Source: Paraspadella gotoi
Lineage: Eukaryota; Animalia; Chaetognatha
Direction: 5' to 3'
DNA length: 64,000 nucleotides
Assembly: GCA_051294375.1 (NCBI GenBank)
Contig: CM119270.1
Coordinates: forward strand, 3,095,436-3,159,435
A model generated the notes under the pieces. The model made no database searches, was not told the DNA's origin, and saw nothing but the letters and a program-made list of their open reading frames with translations. The position numbers and the translations under genes are program-made. Shown here in pieces: positions 1 through 25,574 of the stretch (positions are counted from its first letter, which is position 1; the number at the start of each line of letters is the position of its first letter).

Positions 1-1141
1 TTTTTCGCTAGTGTTACACCTGAAAGGTTTTTGGTTTTCGATTTCGTGTGTGAAACAGTTTGGCGTCAGAGGCAGGTTGCCTTGGTGTGTCGCCGCTGCA
101 GTGCTGCGCTGCTGTGCTGTGCTGCTTGCCGGTCCAGCCTTTCGGAGCAAAATGGAATTACCCACGTAGTAGGCTGAGGTATATTGAGTGCCGGAGCAAA
201 GGGTCTCGGCACCCGTGTAAAGGGGTCAGTTTTGATAATTGATACAGAGCATCGGTGCAGAATGCCGGTGTAAAGGGTCAGTTTTAATCAGTGATACTGA
301 GCATCGATCCAAAGTTTCGACGCAAAGCGGGGGCACAGATCTCTGCTTTGGAGCGCCGCNNNNNNNNNNNNNNNNNNNNNNNNNNNNNNNNNNNNNNNNN
401 NNNNNNNNNNNNNNNNNNNNNNNNNNNNNNNNNNNNNNNNNNNNNNNNNNNNNNNNNNNNNNNNNNNNNNNNNNNNNNNNNNNNNNNNNNNNNNNNNNNN
501 NNNNNNNNNNNNNNNNNNNNNNNNNNNNNNNNNNNNNNNNNNNNNNNNNNNNAGCGGGGTGGAAGGGAAAAAATAGGGATTATGGGGTTAATGGAGTTGT
601 CTCGGGGGGATTTTAAATTATTGGGTTGAGGGGTTGAAGAGAGGAATTCAAGAGCGAGAAGTGAAATAGGAGNNNNNNNNNNNNNNNNNNNNNNNNNNNN
701 NNNNNNNNNNNNNNNNNNNNNNNNNNNNNNNNNNNNNNNNNNNNNNNNNNNNNNNNNNNNNNNNNNNNNNNNNNNNNNNNNNNNNNNNNNNNNNNNNNNN
801 NNNNNNNNNNNNNNNNNNNNNNNNNNNNNNNNNNNNNNNNNNNNNNNNNNNNNNNNNNNNNNNNNNACGACGACGACGACGACGACGATGACACCGACGA
901 ACAACTATAAATATTTCTTTTACTATCAAACTGAATCGATGACATATATTATAATTCCTGCTTGTTTTCTTTTTCCCAAAGTATTGTAATAAAATTGACT
1001 CTTAATGTACGTTCCTATCATTTTTATGTCTATCCGCGAATGGATTAAGAAATGACTAAGAAAAACATGATTCCTTACACCCCATCTCCGCCCCACCACA
1101 CCCCGCCCATACCCATCTCCGATTGTTTCCCACGTCTCCAG

Positions 1142-3212
1142 GTTCCCAACGATCCAGGCAAGATGTTCATTGGCGGCCTCTCCTGGCAAACGACGCCGGA
1201 GACTCTCCGCGAGTATTTCCAACAGTTCGGCGACGTTAAGGAAGCGCTCGTCATGAAGGATCCGACGACGATGCGCAACAGAGGATTTGGATTCGTCACT
1301 TTCAAAGATCCCGAGCATGTCGACAAGGTGGTTTGGAGGGGGTTGGTTTAAAAAGGGGAAGGAGTGTTTGACTCTGTATCTCTCTCTCTCTCTCTCNNNN
1401 NNNNNNNNNNNNNNNNNNNNNNNNNNNNNNNNNNNNNNNNNNNNNNNNNNNNNNNNNNNNNNNNNNNNNNNNNNNNNNNNNNNNNNNNNNNNNNNNNNNN
1501 NNNNNNNNNNNNNNNNNNNNNNNNNNNNNNNNNNNNNNNNNNNNNNNNNNNNNNNNNNNNNNNNNNNNNNNNNNNNNNNNNNNNNNNNNNNNNNNNNNNN
1601 NNNNNNNNNNNNNNNNNNNNNNNNNNNNNNNNNNNNNNNNNNNNNNNNNNNNNNNNNNNNNNNNNNNNNNNNNNNNNNNNNNNNNNNNNNNNNNNNNNNN
1701 NNNNNNNNNNNNNNNNNNNNNNNNNNNNNNNNNNNNNNNNNNNNNNNNNNNNNNNNNNNNNNNNNNNNNNNNNNNNNNNNNNNNNNNNNNNNNNNNNNNN
1801 NNNNNNNNNNNNNNNNNNNNNNNNNNNNNNNNNNNNNNNNNNNNNNNNNNNNNNNNNNNNNNNNNNNNNNNNNNNNNNNNNNNNNNNNNNNNNNNNNNNN
1901 NNNNNNNNNNNNNNNNNNNNNNNNNNNNNNNNNNNNNNNNNNNNNNNNNNNNNNNNNNNNNNNNNNNNNNNNNNNNNNNNNNNNNNNNNNNNNNNNNNNN
2001 NNNNNNNNNNNNNNNNNNNNNNNNNNNNNNNNNNNNNNNNNNNNNNNNNNNNNNNNNNNNNNNNNNNNNNNNNNNNNNNNNNNNNNNNNNNNNNNNNNNN
2101 NNNNNNNNNNNNNNNNNNNNNNNNNNNNNNNNNNNNNNNNNNNNNNNNNNNNNNNNNNNNNNNNNNNNNNNNNNNNNNNNNNNNNNNNNNNNNNNNNNNN
2201 NNNNNNNNNNNNNNNNNNNNNNNNNNNNNNNNNNNNNNNNNNNNNNNNNNNNNNNNNNNNNNNNNNNNNNNNNNNNNNNNNNNNNNNNNNNNNNNNNNNN
2301 NNNNNNNNNNNNNNNNNNNNNNNNNNNNNNNNNNNNNNNNNNNNNNNNNNNNNNNNNNNNNNNNNNNNNNNNNNNNNNNNNNNNNNNNNGAAGGGGCGGG
2401 ATAGAGTTGGAGTAAGGGGTAAGGAAGGGGCGGGATAGAGTTGGAGGATAACAACTACCCAGTGGCCCCGCGGGGTGGAGGAGTAAGGGGTCAGCGTTGG
2501 ACCGTTGGTTGACTTGGAATTGCAATCATCGAGGGTCGTAATGTTTAGACGGAAAGAATTTACGATTAACTATTAATGTTTCATTGTTCAAAAATTATTT
2601 TCTCTTTCGAGTTTAATGTTTATCGCCAAATTTAAAAAAAAGCACAAACGAGGCCGAAGGTTGATTCGGGTCCCACGGGCCTTCGATCGGTCTCGACGTG
2701 GCTTCGAACTCGGAGCAAAGTTCAAAAGTTTCCTCGTTTGTATGGAAGGTGGAATCTGGGCGACGGTTAACATTCAAAACGTGACGGAAAGGAAGGGGGT
2801 CGGACTTTGCCCGGTAGAGGGCTGTTGGTCTACCGGGCACAAGGCGTTGCTTTGTCCGACAGAAGGCGGTCGGCCAAACGGACAAAAAAAGAGTTGCTTT
2901 GCCCGGCAGAAAGTGATAGGACCAGACGGACAAAAGGAGTTAATTTGTCCGGGAAAGAACTGTTGGCCGAATGAGTAATGAGATCGATACTGCAAAAGTA
3001 TCGATGACATTAGTTTAAAAAATTGTTAAACGGGCGGGAGGGGCAGGGGTAAATCAGACTCGAGAGGTAAGCGGGGCTGCGGCGGAGGCGCCATCGTCAG
3101 GGAGGCGTTGGTTTGAGACGCGATCGCTTGTCAGAATTTGATTATGGAGTCTCGAGGTTGAGAGAGAAAGATTGAGTTCTGCTTAGGAGCGAATGGAGGG
3201 GAGAAGAAAGAG

Positions 3213-3266
<54 letters not shown>

Positions 3267-5297
3267 GACCGAGAAGGAAAGGCAATATCAAATACGTCAA
3301 TGATTTGCCTACGAGGTTCAACCTCACGTGACGAGTTTGACAGATTTTTTTTTAGTTCAACTTTTGTAGGTTGTGGATGTAGAGTTCAGGCTGAAACGGA
3401 CCTTGTTTGACGATGGGTATAATTTTTAGACATGAATGATCCGTTTAGAGATGATCTGAGAAGGAGATATTTGATGTTTTCAATGGTTAACGAAACGGTA
3501 AACATTTTATTAAAATTATTAGATAGGCAACGGATTTAAACCTTATTTTTTTGCATTGTGATGGTTGTCAAGATACTATGATGCTCTACAGATCTTTTAC
3601 GCGGCGAATTTTCCGCCAACCATTTCCAAGCTCTCCCAATGAATATTTTCAAACTCAAAAATCAAACGACGCCGTCCCCTCTTCATCCTCTTGCAGTTGG
3701 TGACCAAGACGAAGAAGATGTTCGTCGGCGGACTCTCCGCCTCGACCACTGAGGAAGACCTCAAGAAATACTTCGAACAGTTCGGCGCCGTTGAAAGCGC
3801 AATGCTCATGATCGACAAGATCACCAACAGGTTGGCGCGGCGTGGTGGTGAGAATCGTGGGGGGGGGAAGAGGCTGGTCCTTTGAATTGCGCTTCGCTAT
3901 GAGAGGAAGTGGAGATAGCTGGAAAGGATTTGAAATAGAAGTGGGACTGACTCAACAGATCATATGATATCGGTACTATCTGCATAATGTTTATCCATAA
4001 ATTAATAAAGGAGCTATATTGTCCCAGACTTTAAATAAGATATTATGTGTTATGGCCGCCATCCCCCGGACAATAACATAACAGGGCTCTGCGAGTTTTT
4101 TATGAAGACTTCCTACCACTCCCAGGGTGCTGGGCTTCCCTGGGAGATTTAATATTTTTAGTTTCGCTACGATAAGTCGTAGTTCAATGAGTTTATGACA
4201 ATTAAAATTTCAATAATTTAAATTCAATTAATATTTCCTAATATTTAACACTCCCCCCCCCACTCCGCCCCCCTCTCTTTTTCCTTTTTTTTCTCCCCAG
4301 ACATCGGGGTTTTGGGTTCGTGACCTTCGAATCGGAAGACCCTGTAGACCGGGTGTGCGAGATCCACTACCACGAGATCAACGGAAAGATGGCCGAGTGC
4401 AAAAAGGCTCAACCCAAGGAGGTCATGCTCACGCAGAATTTGGCCAAAGCCGCCGCCATGACCGCCGCGGGGACTCTCGTCTACAGTTACCCGGGACTCT
4501 TCGCCGCCACGGCGTTGGGCGGTCCGCGCGGCGCCGCCGCCACCGCTTACCAGTTGGCGTATCCGGCGACGGCGACCGCTCCGGCGGCGCCCACTTCCCC
4601 GCCGGCCGCCTATCTCTCCCCTTACGCCGCAGCCGCCGCCGCCGCCGCCGCCGCCGGAATTCCCGGTCTCGGCATTCTGGGCGCTGGCGCTGGCGGCGCC
4701 GCTTCGCCGCTGAGCCCGGCGACGACGACGGCGGGGGCGCTGTTGGCGGACAAGAATCTCTCGGCGTTGTACGCCTCTTACGCTACGACAGCGACGCCGA
4801 CGACGTTGATGGTTAACTCGCCGACGACGACGACCGTGTTGGCGGCCAACGGCGGCGCCGCCGCTCTGGCGCAGATGCTAGGCGGCGGAGGCGGCGGAGG
4901 AGGCGGCGGCGGAGCGGGAGGGCTGCGGCGCAGCGACAGTAGTTCCGGGCTTCATCAGCAACAGCAGCAGCAGCAGCAGCATCCCTCGTCCATGTCGCCG
5001 CTGACCGCCGCTCACGCCGCCATCTTGGCCGGAGCGGCGCCATCGTCTCCTCGGCCGACGCCGATGGCGGTGAGCAGTCCCGGGCCCGTCTCCCACCACC
5101 CCCACCACCCTCATCACCACCCTCATCACCCCCATCACCACCTTCCCACCTCCGTCGCCACTTGGGCCACGGATTACATATCCGCGGCGACGTCGCCGCA
5201 GCCGGCGCTCCTCGCCGCGGCCGCAGCAGCCTCCAGGACGCCGACGCTTCTTAACGCCGCAGCCTTCACCGCTAACATGTATCATCAGCCGAGTTGA
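1142..5297 (+). CDS. msi: RNA-binding protein Musashi homolog (two RRMs); 5' end and one internal exon not visible
   Basis: Exons with GT-AG boundaries: 1142-1327 ([18 protein letters not shown]...[11 protein letters not shown]1), 3697-3830 ([17 protein letters not shown]...) and 4301-5297 ([42 protein letters not shown]). C-terminal motifs [15 protein letters not shown] and [10 protein letters not shown] resemble the Musashi C-terminus. The rest of RRM1 probably lies in the N gap 1397-2389. Confidence 0.93.
2806..2975. repeat. Four degenerate ~45-bp units with inverted-repeat arms in a Musashi intron
   Basis: Units begin ctttgcccgg / ctttgtccga / ctttgcccgg / atttgtccgg. The first has a perfect 11-bp stem tgcccggtaga...tctaccgggca. 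Confidence 0.6.
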
Positions 5298-5620
5298 GAG
5301 GGAGAGGGAGTGGGGGAGGAAGGGGGGGAAGGAGGAAGAGGAGATGAAGGAGAAGGTGGAGGAAGAAGAGGAGGAAGAAGAGGCTGAGGAGAGGAAGAAG
5401 AAAACGGAGGAGGCAGTGGCGATGAAAAACGATAGGAAGGAGGAAGAGGAGGAGGAGATGAAGAAGAATATGGAAGAGGAAGAGGAGGAGGCAGAAGAGT
5501 TCAAAGGTTAAAGGACGGAAGAAGAGAAAGGATGAGGAGGAGGAGGAGGAGGAGTAAGAGGAGGAGTAAGAGGAGGAGGAGGAAGAAGACTCGGGAGGAA
5601 GAATAGGAAGATGAATAACA
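5298..5620 (+). repeat. Purine-rich (GAG/GAA) low-complexity tract at the start of the Musashi 3' UTR
   Basis: Almost pure G/A sequence directly after the stop codon. AATAAA signals occur near 6088 and 6101. Confidence 0.75.
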
Positions 5621-7034
5621 AAGAATCCCTGTGGCCCTTTCCCTTTTTATTCCTAATCCTTTTTTTGGGTTTTTTTTTTTAATTCCGTGCAACGAAAATC
5701 AAAAAAAGGCGTTTTTCCCCTCGTACATTAATAATTTTATGAAAATGTTTACATTAATTGATAAAGTTGTATCTTTAAAAAAAAAAGCGCTCAGGTCCGA
5801 ACGTAAAAGATGGCCTCAAACTTTTATATCATAGTTTATTATTTATATATAGATATTTTATATATATATAAACATATTTATGTAACTAGAAAACAATGTG
5901 ATGCGTAAAACCTAGTTGTATATTCTGATTTTTTTTTTAATTCGCGGGAATACTTCTCTCTCTTTCTGTTTTGTAAAATTTATTATTGTTTTTTGTTTTG
6001 CTTTGTTTTTTTTTATAAAAAATTTAAAAATCGTTTTAACCGGAATTCTTGTCCTTGACGAAGGTTCATCACGGTCCTGAGCCTAAGAATAAATTATAGT
6101 AATAAATTAATAAATACTTTAAAAGAACAATTCGTATGAAGTAAATGAACCATGTCATAGCGTATCGCTGATTATAACATTTTTTTTTTAAATCTAAATT
6201 TTTTAAATTGTTATTCGGAAAACAAAACGAGAAAAAAAATGACCCCTGGCTAATCCAATCACAGTGAAAATCGCTTAATTCTCTGGTCTAGTTTGGAAAT
6301 TGATCTGCGTATATACATATTATTTTCTGCCGGGTGGTAGTCTGTTTTTTTTTTAAATGACTTAAACCTGAAATATTATCATTATACTGTGAATAATACT
6401 AATAAAGTGATAAATGTAAATAATTTTGTTTTTCGTTTTTAAGTTTTTGGAGTTGAAGGTAGGTTGATTCCATCCGCCAATGGAAAAAAGACGTGTGTGA
6501 ATGTGAAGAGCGCAGGTCACATCGCGTGAACCAGAAGAGTGAAAAATGGAGTGAGAGAAGAAGTGGGAGAGATCTGAGATAGAAAAGGAAGGTTTACCAC
6601 CAGGATAGCCATTGTCATCGATCACGGATCTCCTCTTTATACGAACTTAAATTAAATAAATGAATAAAATTGAAATTAAAACTTCGTATCATTTGAAAAA
6701 TTCATTTACTGACTAAGCTCGGGTTTTGAAAGTAGAGGTCTGACCTAATATATCAGAAATAATATTTCTAGCGTAATCTTGCGATTATGTAATAGAAGAA
6801 GAAATAGAAAATGATTGGCGACCCTCAGTTGTGACTTCTGACTGTCTCTCGCGATTTATCTTTCATCGGGGCAGAAGTTTGTTTGCTTTTGATAAAATAT
6901 GTTAACTTCAAATCTGCGGGACACAATCAATGAATTCAGGATATTTTCTCGCAACGCGAAAGGCGCAAATTTCGAAAATTAAATGTTTGAAATAAAAAAA
7001 AAGGAAAAAAAAGTGAAATAAAAAGTATTGAAAA

Positions 7035-8545
7035 ATGGACCCGCCTCCTTATTCTTCCGACGATCCAGGAGCGACGCTGTTGGGCGCTCCGGCTGCTGCA
7101 GAGCCAGGTGCATCAGCTCCGCCGCCGCAGCAATTAGACGCGTCAAAGGCTGCAGCGGCTGCCGCTCCCACGCCCATGGTATAAAGGATTTAGAATGGAT
7201 TCGATCCGCAGACCTACAGACTTTAAATCGAGAAAACTGTCTTTCTATCTAGATGTCCGGCGGGCAAAATTACGGACAGCATTTCTTACCAACGTGCACT
7301 CAGCCTGTAGGGCAGATGTACGGCCAGCCAGGCGTTCCCATGGCTTCCGGACAGGTGCCGATGGCGTCGCAAATGGTATTTCCCCAAGGTCAGGTGCCGG
7401 TACAGGCGCCCATGCAGGTGCCAATGCAGATGCCGGTACAGGCGCCGTTGCAGATGCCAGTCAGGTATAATTCTTTTTAATGAAAAAGACTCGCAAAACA
7501 ACAGTCGAAACATGTTCTTTTTTTGTTTTCATTAAAAAAAAATCGAAACTTTGTTTTTCTCTCTCAATCTAAAAACGCAACGATAAGAGAGTTCAACACA
7601 ATGTCTATAAATTTTAATTCACTTTTTTTTCTATTTTCATTTCTCAATTTTTTTCTATTTTTGTCCGTAATTCTATATTTCTATTTATAAATTATGAAAC
7701 TCTTCAGTCCAACGTTCGTCACCAACGTGTCGGTCAACCAACCGCAGCCAGCCGCCGCAGCGCCGCCGCCGCCGCCGCCGCGGGAAAAACCCAAGAATCA
7801 TCTCGCTCTCGCGATTTGCGTCACATTCGCCTGTAATCCCATATTCGGCATCATCGCCTGGATCCTCAGCTGCCAGTCCGATCAGGCGTGGGAAAATGAC
7901 GACGAAGAGAAAGCGAGAAAGTAAAACAGGCGGTTGTTGTTGTCTTGTTTGTCTAGTTCTTCCTGTTCTTGTTCCTTATTCTTGTTTTTATTGTTGTTGT
8001 TGTTGTTGTTGCTGTCGTTGCTGTTGTTGTTATTATTTATCCTTTTTTGAATTTTTTAATAATTCATTGATTCGTCGATGCATTCGTCCACTCGTTCATT
8101 CATTCTTTCAAATTCAATTCTTTCTTTCTTTCTTTCTTTAATTCTTCTATACGTTACATCATTCCATTCCATTCATTCATTCTTTCTTCAAATTCTTCCC
8201 ATCACATCGAGCATACCATACATACACATTCAACTCCAATCAATCCACCCAACTTCCCCCACCCACCCTGCCTTTATTCCCCTCTCCCCCCACCCTTCAT
8301 TCCCGCTGCCCCCCCCCTCCATTCTTCCCCAGCTTCGGCCCATGGCTCTCGGTTTCGGGCATCCACCGGAATTTTTCGTCACCGATCGTCGTCGTCGTCG
8401 TCTCCGTTCCTCGTCGGTCTCGGGTCAGGGCACACGGGAGCGTGCAGGCGGAGGCGTCACTGTTTGGTCCTTCGTCCTCGTCGCCTGTTTGCGTCGTTAA
8501 GACATTGTTGCCGCCAGAGGGACGTCGTCCATCGTCCAGGAGAGT
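7035..8545 (+). CDS. CD225/dispanin-family (PRRT/IFITM-like) proline-rich membrane protein
   Basis: Phase-compatible exons 7035-7178 (MDPPPYSS...), 7253-7464 (QVPM repeats), 7708-7920 (PKNHLALAICVTFACNPIFGIIAWILSCQSDQAWENDDEEKAR, CD225 signature) and 8333-~8545 (hydrophobic; frame broken by apparent indels, so the end is uncertain). Confidence 0.78.
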
Positions 8546-8619
8546 GGATTCTTTTCAAGCGGCGAGGGTGGGGGGTGAGGGCATATCAAGTTAGGTGTCG
8601 AGTCGTCGTCGGCTTCGGA

Positions 8620-9425
8620 ATTAAACAGGGATGTCCCTTAAATAGGATGTCTAAACAGGGATGTCCTTAAATAGGATGTCCCTAAACAGGGATGTCCCTT
8701 AAATAGGCAATGTCCCTTACCTTACTAAATAGTCAGGGATGTCCCTTAAATAGGATGTCCTAAACAGGGAATGTCCCTTAAATAGGATGTCCTTAAACAG
8801 GGATGTCCCTTAAATAGGAATGTTCCTTAAACAGGGATGTCCCTTAAATAGGATGTCCTTAAACAGGGATGTCCCTTAAATAGGATGTCTTCAAATAGGG
8901 ATGTCCCTTAAATAGGATGTCCTTATAAATAGGGATGTCCTTAAATAGGATGTCCTAAAATAGGGATGTCCCTTAAATAGGGATGTCCCTAATACACAGG
9001 ATGTTCCCTTAAATAGGATGTCCTTAAACCCAGGGATGTCCCTTAAATAGGATGTCCTTAACAAGGATGTCCTTAAATAGGATGTCCTTAAAAAGGGATG
9101 TCCCTTAAATAGGATGTCCTTAAACAGGGATGTCCCTTAAATAGGATGTCCTAAACACAGGATGTCCTTAAATAGGATGTCCCTTAACAGGGATGTCCCT
9201 TAAATAGGAATGTCTTTAAAAAAGGGATGTCCCTTAAATAGGATGTCCTTAAAAAGGGATGTCCCTTAATTAGGATGTCCCAAACAGGGATGTCCCTTAA
9301 TAAATATAGGCATGTCCTTAAACAAGGGATGTCCTTAAATAGGATGTCCTCTAAACAGGGATGTCCCTTAAATAGGATGTCTTAACAGGGATGTCCCTTA
9401 AATAGGATGTCCTTAATCAATGGGA
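8620..9425. repeat. Tandem satellite, ~32-bp unit ttaaacagggatgtcccttaaataggatgtcc, about 25 copies
   Basis: Directly visible; the unit is a dimer of related 17- and 15-bp subunits, with scattered indels. Confidence 0.95.
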
Positions 9426-11769
9426 TGCCGTTGTCTATGTGAGATTAGTCTTAATTGGAGTAACAATTTGTCATTAAGAACAGGAATTATGTATCTTTAG
9501 ACAACCGTTTATAAAATATTTTAATTTTATTTAAAATCAGAAAGTTTCCAAAAAAAAATAAAAATAAATAATTAGATATAGATTACATGATAAGCGTCGT
9601 TATACACCAAAGAGACGAACAAGTTTCAATAAAAAAGAAGTCGTTGCTCTTTCGTTTTTATTTTAGTATTTCCATCGCTAGATGTCCGTTGTGATTAGAA
9701 ATAAAGCCAGAGTATACAAAGGAACGAGTGATTAAAAGTTAAACTTTTTAATTTTATGGAAGGTAGATTTTGTGTCGTTAGGAAACATGTTGTGCTCGAA
9801 GTTAAGAAATGAATTTTAAAAAAGTTAAAACTGTATCGCAACATTATTCACTACGAAAATTATGTCGTTTTATTTTATTTAGTCCATCGAGTAAACTTAC
9901 GATCTGTACGTATTTTCTATGTTTGTAATCAGTTTAACTGCGTTTGATAATGTTGATAATGTTCGCCTAATGTAATTTAAAATCCTTTTTAAAAGAATTT
10001 GCGATGATTCCTCGAGTTTCTTCTTCGCTAATTTTAAAAAAACCTTTTATCGCGAATTTTTCACTCGAAATTTGCCAGTTCGTTTATTTTCTAGAAAAAA
10101 GCGAAGTTGGACAAAGATGGAACCGCAGGAGCAGCAAATGGAAGGGCGACTAACAAAGGACACGGGCACCAAGAGCCTATTAACGCCCGCCTTAACAGTG
10201 CACACGGTATTGCTAATCGGTTCACGACTCAACTGGACGCGAGTTTGATTATGAAAATTGACAAAATTACGAGTTTTACCTTTTAGAGTTTTTAGACTAT
10301 GAAAAGATAAAAATGTTCATCTATTATTGGGAGGAAATTTGGAGATAGAGGTAGCATCTCTTCAACACAAGAATATTTTACTTTCTGCCCTAGTTTTTTA
10401 TCTTACATCAATTCCAGTTAGAAAGTCAACATCGAGAAACTCTAAATATTTTTGTGACAGAAATTAAAAATCACCAAAGTTTTTTTTGTGAATTTAACAG
10501 AAGAAAGAATACAATGAAAGAGTGCAGCAATTGAAAAGAAATAAGCATTTCCTGATTGACAACAAGTAAGCGACTTCATCTCGTTCAATTCGTTGTCATT
10601 TTTGCTGAGAACCTTGACACTAAGCGACTTTGGTTTTTTTTCAAATAAATCGTATAAAGAATAAAAGACGGAATCCCGATGCAGCGCGGGTTGAAAGCTT
10701 ATTGTTATAAGACAGTCAACTGCGGCGCAACACATTTGAATTAACGTTCTTGTTTTTTATATAAATATGAATAAATTTAAGAAATCGGCGCGTAAAAAAG
10801 GGAAACCAAAACCAGCGTCGGACGTCGATGAAAAAACAGCAGCAAAGAGGATCCTCGGGTCTGTCGGTCCGTCCGTCTGTCGGTCCGTCCGTCTGTCGGT
10901 CTGTCTGTCTTGAAAAGAAACAAATGATGCTGGCGGTTGGTTGTATTGTAAAGAGTGATAGAAAAAAACAATTCGAAACAATCGGCTTTTTCGCAATTGA
11001 GGTGAGGTCGGTGACGACGACGACGACGACAGCGAACTCATCACGCATCAAGGCGAAGTAATGAGGTGAAAAACCTGAATGAGTTCGGAGTCGAAAATAG
11101 AATATTCGAAGATCCAGAAACTTAAAGAATCGGTAAATGACACGATGCGATTTTGAATGATCTTCAAAAATAGACCCAATGAACTCAGGATATGAAACCA
11201 AAATTGAGAAAACCAAACGTGAGAAGACGTATTAATGACCATCCTATGACGTCAGGAACCAAATGTAAAATTACTTATTATCCAAAAGTGAAAGGATGAT
11301 CCTTATATGCGACCTGATGATCCTAATGTGAAAATACGGCTACCAGATTCACATCTAATTATGTGGAAGATTTTGTGACCTCGAATCCGGTAATTTTTCC
11401 CTGGTCATTTAGTTGACCTCTTCAGACCTGTCTTTTCACCGTTCTCGTCGCTTTATTTTGGTTTCTTTCGGCCAAACACCTCGTTACTTGTTATTCGATC
11501 ATAATAGTTTCTCAGTTCGGCCGAATGGAATCTTAGTTTTTACGGAATCCAAGGATTTTCTACACCAATTTATTATTCGACTTTGATTTCGCCATTTATT
11601 TATTCTCTTTGTCTTTGATAATAAACTTATGCACGATTTATTCGTCATTTATTCGACATTTACGTCATTTGAGATTTATAAATCCTTGCTCCATGTTAAA
11701 GCCAGTTCAACCTACGGCCGACGAATCGAACCTGCGACCCTCGAGGAATAGAAAATAATAAACGTTTTC

Positions 11770-12086
11770 TGCATTATGATCCAAATCTGAGATGCTGATC
11801 CTTGGATGTGACCTCATTATCCAAACGTGACAATATGGCCTTAAGATGTGACATTATGATCCAAATCTAAGAGGACGATTCTTCACTGTGACTGAGTATA
11901 TCCAAATGTGAAATTATGATCCTTGGATGTTGCCTGATGATCTGAATGTGATCTTCAGATGTGACATTATGATCGTAATGTGATTTTCAGATGTGACATT
12001 ATGATCCGAAAGTGATTTTTATCTGTGACATTATGATCGGAATGTGATTTTCAATTGTGACATTATGATCGGAATGTGATTTTCAG

Positions 12087-12090
<4 letters not shown>
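11770..12090. repeat. Degenerate ~33-bp tandem repeat (gatgtgacattatgatccgaatgtgattttca), with weaker copies back to ~11200
   Basis: Repeated tgtgacattatgatc motif. The last unit supplies the tttcag acceptor at 12081-12086. Confidence 0.85.
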
Positions 12091-24698
<12,608 letters not shown>

Positions 24699-24877
24699 TT
24701 GGAAGCTGTAGTTGGAAGCCGATTGGGGGTTGGGGTCGGTGTATGTAGTTAGTTGGTGATGGATGGGGTGAGGAATATACAGAGTTGTTTTCGTTATACT
24801 TTGCTTTTCGAATTTGATTATTAAAAGTTGACAAGTTTTCATACCAAACGTTTTAACAATTTTTTAAGGCATCTTTT

Positions 24878-24982
<105 letters not shown>

Positions 24983-25052
24983 TTGAATTGAATTGTATTA
25001 AGGAAACGGGGCTTTGGGCTACAATGTGCCCCTAAAAGCTACATCAATTTAC

Positions 25053-25132
<80 letters not shown>

Positions 25133-25574
25133 CACCTGTGAAACTGGGATCCAAAATGAAAGAAAGAAATTTAGAAAGAAACCTCCATTGTTTTTCCGTC
25201 GCACGAACCTAATGACAAACCGACAAAGAGAGGCTGGCTTCTTTCCTCTCCCTCTATCTTTCTCTCTCTCTCCCTGTCTTTCTCTTTCCCTCTCGGCGAC
25301 AGAAGAGAAGAAGGTTCCGCAAATCGCATTCTATTCTTTCCTCTCCCTCTCTCTCTCCCTCTCTACCCGGCTTCATCGCTTACCATTGTTTCCGTTTTCC
25401 TCTTCCTCTTCCTCTTCCTTACCTTCGGACTTACCAACCAGACTGTTTTCACTTCATAGATTCTCGTTCTATGAAACTCTTGACTCTCACAATATTTATT
25501 TTCCTCGGAAAAAAGAAAAAAAAATCTAACTCGACCAGCAACAAACTAAAATTTTATAAACTTCCCATCGAAAG

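Noticed and set aside
239-2525. Long ORFs dominated by X
   Set aside because: They are open only because of N gaps.
11312-11335. Hammerhead-like CTGATGA...GAAA
   Set aside because: No pairing stem II between the motifs; it is part of the local degenerate repeat.
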